Source: Leucoraja ocellata
Taxonomy: Eukaryota
Direction: 5' to 3'
Length of the DNA stretch: 64,000 nt
Assembly: GCA_036785375.1 (NCBI GenBank)
Contig: JAWMAR010000134.1
Location: forward strand, 2,914,001 to 2,978,000
This document shows, piece by piece, positions 52,601 through 58,600 of the stretch. How positions within the stretch are numbered: position 1 is the first letter of the stretch; each line of letters begins with the position of its first letter. Under the pieces are notes generated by a model. That model ran no database searches. It saw only the letters and a list, made by a program, of their open reading frames with translations, and was not told the DNA's origin. The position numbers and the translations under genes are program-made.

Positions 52601-55600
52601 ATTCCCAAAGTCAGTCTCTAGCCAGAGACTGAGAGGTTAATGTCCCACAGATCCGTGCTGTAGAGCTCTGGAAGTCGGTCTTCAGCAAAGGCCACCAGTG
52701 CAGATGTTAGGCTGCAGTGGAAACGATATGGAAAAAAATCGCATCCACGATATGGGGGAAAAAAAAATCACATCTCCATCGAGCTAAGAGATTAGAAAAA
52801 GTTTCCCCCAACTCTTCTATCTCCCTCCCCCCTCACACATAAAACAAGCTAAAGAACACTAATCCCATCCATTTAACACACAAACAACCAAGAAGGAAGG
52901 GACAGGCACTGTTGGCGAGGCAGCCATTGCTGGCATCAGCCTGTGATCTTGGATTTACAGTAGTTCTATTTTCCTACCTCAGCTCTAAAACTCTCTTAAT
53001 CCATTGTACATTAAAACATCTCTAACCTCACCTGAATCTATGTTGTTATTCAGTCTTTGAGGCTGTGTAGGTTAGAGAATGCAGAAGATTCATTATCTTG
53101 AAGATAAGCGTTTCTCTTGTTTTGTCTTCAGTGGATGATTCCTTCTCAATTTATATCCCCAATTATTATTATTTCCATCACAAATAGCATGTGATTTATC
53201 AAGCCTCTTCAGACTTTTTCAACAATATAATTTTTCAGTTTTTAACTCCAATAGGTTGAATCTGCTTAACATTTCTCATTAGTCAACCATTTCATCTCAC
53301 GGGAGGGAAGTAATACGCCTGTTTAAAAAAAAAAAAACTATTCAGACTGGTACATATTTTACATTCCTTCACATGATGTGATTATTGCCTTCTGACTATT
53401 CTGACTGTTTTCACTATTTGTATTAACAATCCAATGTTTCTGGTTGATGATCAGCATGTACTTTCAACCATTCAACCCATGTTGATTTGAAGATCTAATT
53501 GGGAGTTCACAAGGGAGTGGTCATTATTTTTGGTTGCATCACTGACTCGCATCCAGTGACACAGCTGTGGCTCGTTATGATGAATTATTGAATAATGGGG
53601 ATAAGGTCCATAATGGAAGAACTGATTGGGCCTGTTTGAACACAGCTCCACTGGGTTAAACCAATATTTTGAATTTTTATAGCATCTTTTGAAAGGTGCT
53701 TTAGAAATCTTTAAGTGCATAAGTATGCCACTTGGCCTCTCAAGCTTGGTCTGCCATTGTATGAGGGACTAGGCTAATTGTATTCACAACTCTGCAATCT
53801 TGCCTACGGCTGGCATGTGTTCATCCTTTGCTTAATCGGGTATCTATCCACAGCTGCCTCAATTATTCAAAAGCTATGCTTCATGACCTCTTCTGAGGAC
53901 AAGGCTCAAAAGTTATGACCTTCAGAACACATTCTCTCATCAGTCTTAATTGGGCATCCCTTCTTTTAAAATGGTGATTGCTAGATCTGGATTCTCCCAC
54001 AATAAATATTTTCTCCATGTTTTATCTATTCTAAATCTCCCAGGAGCATGCACGTTTCAACTACAATGCCTCTAACTCGAGTGGATACAAGTCTGTTGAG
54101 GAAGATGAGATAATGGAGTAATGAGAAACTACAGATGCTGAAATCTTGAGTGAAATAAAGTGCTGGAGTAACTTCAGTGGGGTCAGGCAGCATATCTGCA
54201 AGAGCTCGATAGGCAACGTATCGGGTCTGAAGAAGGTCCCAACCTGAAATGTTGCCTATCCATGTCCTCCAGAGATGCTACCCAAGTCTGATGAGGACTG
54301 TTGGTCAAGTTAGACAAGTAGTAATTGCTCTGGGTAAACCAATCCAAGTATTAGTCTAGTAAACTTGATCTGCTTCTCATCCAATTTCATTCTCAAAGAA
54401 GGAGTTCAGTTATGCAGAGTACTACCAGCTCTGGTCTCTTCATTCCTTTTATAACTGAAGGCTACATTCATATTTTATAACTGAAGGCTACATTCATATT
54501 TTATTCCCTCATCAATAAATAATAACAATCTGTTAACTTTCCAATTTGCTTACTGCATTGGCATATTAATGTTTTATCCCAGACTCTGATCCCACTGGAT
54601 CACAGACTTTTGCAATGTGTCTCCATTTTATTTGTTTCTGTCAAAATAGAATATCATATATTCCCACATACTCCACCATTATCTCGTTTGTTCGATCTTC
54701 CTTCATTTCTCCCCCTTACCTCCTTTCTGCCCACCTTGTTTCTAGGAAACTGGTTCCAGATGGTATCCGCACAGGAGCGTTTGACCAGGACTTTCACACG
54801 CAGCAGCCACACCTACACACGCACGGAACGGACAGAGATCAGCAAAACACGCGGTGGGGAAACAAAGAGAGAAGTCCGAGTGGAAGAATCAACACAAGTT
54901 GGAGGGGACCCTTTCCACAACGTGTTCGGAGAGTTCATGGGCCGTGAAAGCTTGGGCTCCTTTACCAATATTCCACGGGCTGAAGGTGTGTATCTGGCAA
55001 ACTTAAACAAAATGGAAAGATAGCTTTATGGTGTGGTGTTGCTGTGTGCATAAGAAATGTTCTATCATTTCTGTCATTCTTTCTTTACAGTGGAAGTTGG
55101 GGCGAAGGTGATGACTGCTCAAGTCACCAGCCCATCTGGGAAGATGGATGATGCAGAAATTATTGAGGGAGAAGACAGCACTTACAGTGTACGGTTCATA
55201 CCACTGGAGATGGGCTCTCATATTGTCAATGTTAAGTATCGAGGCCAACATGTTCCCGGAAGCCCCTTCCAGTTCACAGTGGGACCGCTGGGCGAGGGAG
55301 GATCCCACAAGGTTCGAGCTGGTGGTTCTGGTTTGGAGCGTGGTGTTGCTGCAGTGCCAGGTGAGTTTCTGATAATTAATGGAAGTGGCAAGTGTGCGTA
55401 GTTTGGGAAGGGTAGGAATGAGGCCTATTGTGACAAAGACGCTAGAGAAACTGATAGATGTGAAAGGTCTTTATTCAACATGACAAGTGGGCACTTCGTG
55501 TGGAGACCCTTGGCAGAATCACCCTGAACTCGAAGTACATCATGATTTAGTATTCTTAAACAGGAAGCTGATTGAATACTATTTTGGTAACAATTTTAAT

Positions 55601-58600
55601 AGCTACAACGGCATTGTTTATTTCAATATTTTTCTGACGACATGGTTTCATTGAACAGCATATTTACATTGGGAACACATTATAAATGACAGGACACCTC
55701 TGAATGTTCAAAGGTTCTCTGGACTAAAAACTCTTGAGGACATAACCCAGACACTGAAAATTATTTCATGAAGGCTGACTCCTGAGTACACAAATTCCAA
55801 TTATTAATATCCAGAACAAATGTGGTGACAAAATAAGTTCTGGGAACTTCGGAGTCCATCTTGGTGGGGGGGAAAGGAATGTCGGAGCAGTCTGGGGATG
55901 AGGTGGGAGGCAGACCAACCATGGGAAGGGCAGAATAGGGGTGTAGATTTGGTGAGGATCGGAGTGTATTATTATGTGCCTATCCCTCGTATAGTCACTC
56001 ACTTTTCTTTCCCTTTCTCCCATTTAAGCTGAATTCAGTATCTGGACTCGAGAGGCTGGAGCTGGAGGTCTCTCCATTGCCGTAGAAGGTCCAAGCAAAG
56101 CGGAGATATCATTTGAAGATCGCAAGGATGGCTCGTGTGGCGTTTCTTACATTGTGCAGGAACCTGGTCAGTAAATTGAATTGAATCATTTGCCCCTTTA
56201 TCTTTTTCTGTATCCACATTTATCTTTAATTGAGCTGCTCCTTTTTTCCAGGTGACTACGAGGTATCCATCAAGTTCAACGATGAGCATATCCCAGATTC
56301 TCCATTCGTTGTTCCGATTGCTTCTCCCTCGGATGCTGCCCGCAGACTCACTGTTACCAGTCTTCAGGTGGGCACAAGGCAGGCACTTAATGTGCTTCAG
56401 AGGGGTGTGTGTGTGTAGTTTGTTTGGGAGGGATGTGCTATGCCAGTAATTCAAACTTCCTGTTCAAACCATTATAGAATGCATGCCTTGCACAGTTGAT
56501 GAGTGATGGTGCGATTACTCTAGAACTTTAGCTTGGTCTCTTGGCATTCCTGATGGCTTTGCAAATGTTGTACCTAGATCTCTTGTGCCAATTGGGCTGA
56601 TCTGACTTCACTCAAGTGGATTTTGAGATTGATCCATGGTTCCAGTTGGGGGACACTCGGATTGACTTACTTTCTTTAGTTTGGCACATTTTGAAGGGGC
56701 AGTGTCAAAATTTAGTGTCACACAATAAATCATGTACAGATGACTATACCTTGGGCATATGTTTTCAAATGTTTGTCCATTTAATCTATGTCCAGGAATC
56801 AGGATTGAAGGTCAATCAACAAGCCTCATTTGCAGTTCAGCTGAATGGAGCAAGAGGAGTGATTGATGCAAAAGTCCGGACCCCATCTGGGGCTGTGGAG
56901 GAATGTTACATGTCAGAGCTGGATAGTGGTGAGTGACTGGATACTAGATAATGTTGGTTTGAGGTGGGTGAAGGGACTCTCGTTTGTCATCTGTGCTACA
57001 TCCTCTTCTGTTGCCCCATGTACTGGTTCTGTTCCTCGCCCTCTACCCAGCCACACAATAGTTCACCCAGAGCCACAATGCTGACAGCAATGATTTTCAT
57101 CATCTGATTTCTCAACATTCTGATGGGGCGATAGCACTGAAATCCAAGCATGCAATCAATTTGTGCATGGGAAAGGGGAAGGTGCCCCAGACTTTGACAA
57201 GAGCAAGATAGAGGATGAGGCAGTGCAGGAGAGTGTAGATTCACTGTGGCAGGGAGAGCTGGGAGCCAATCCAGCCGGATGTGGTTATGTGGCTGTGGGG
57301 TGTTATCGATCTGACCCAGAATAAGCAGTCATTCCCACACCATGTGCCATGGCCTCTCTTGCAGCAGCTGCCTGGGGCTTAAGCTGTAACACGAGATCCA
57401 GGCCCCTGCAGCCTCCAGTAATTCAGAAACTTCTAGAAGGACAACATAAGGTCAAAACTTGTTCAGAGCTATTTCTTCAGCATTTCTGAAGCTTTGTTTT
57501 TCAGTTTGCTCTTTGCACTGAATTCAACAAAGTCTCTGTAATTGCACCTCCCATTTCCCTCCGTCTGTGTGTGTGTGTGTGTCTTTGTCTATCTCAACAC
57601 TAGCGGTCAATGGATTGCTGCACTCAGAGTGCCACCTACTGGTAGTGGGAAGATCTCCAGGACTTGAAGACAATTAAGGAATAGATGTTGGACATTGGAT
57701 CGTGTAATTGGGAAACAGCTACTTTATGCAGAGAAAATATCACTTAATCCTTCACAGAACTCTAGAGAGTGCATTAGTGACAACGGCAACTATGCTGGAC
57801 AGTTTTGAAACTAGTTGTATTTGTCCCCAAGAGGAGCTCCTTATCTTATTTGTCAACACCTTTTTAGCATTCCTTGATTCTGCTGCTGCACAACTGCTAC
57901 TGATGCCCTCGTCCATGCCTTTAATCAGTGTAAAATTATAATGTTGTATGGAACTCTCTGGCGAGTTCTAGAATATGACTGTATATTGGTTCATAAATTA
58001 GTTCACAAGTTATAGGAGTATAATTAGGCCATTTGGCCCATCAAGTTTACTCTGCCATTCAATCATGGCTGACCTGCCTCCTAATCCATTTTCCGGCCTT
58101 CTCCGCATAATCCTTGACACGCTTTCTAATCAAGAATTCAACTCGATTAAGTTTCCATAATGACCACAGTGTAATAGTACACAACAGATCTGAATGTTCC
58201 CTAGTATTGAATCGGCAGACTTCCTTATTCTAGCTTCTGTAAACCTAATGTTATCCAAACTTCTATGTGTATACTGATACCGGGTCCTAATGTATACACC
58301 CCCAACATTGCTAACTCGTGTAGTTTCCAAATATAACAGCTGTTTTTTAAAACTCTATCTTAAATGATCTAATCCATGTAGCTTGGACCCCTCCCTAACT
58401 CTAATTTCCACCAGCTCTCATTAGAGATATGCCAGAACTTAGACTGTTTCTGTTCACAGATAACTTTGCTATCCGCTTCATACCACGTGAAAATGGTGTC
58501 CACTCCATCGATGTCAAGTTCAATTCCTGTCACATCCCAGGCAGCCCATTCAGGATCCGAGTGGGAGAGCCAGGACAGACGGGGGATCCTGGCTTGGTCT

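Noticed and set aside
54447-54498. 26-bp tandem duplication upstream of exon 40
   Set aside because: It lies within decayed LINE sequence and is most simply a slippage event.
56157-56159. CAG (Gln) codon in IVQEP, homologous to the ADAR Q/R recoding site of FLNA/FLNB
   Set aside because: I find no editing-complementary sequence in the 85-nt intron 42, and FLNC is not known to be edited here.
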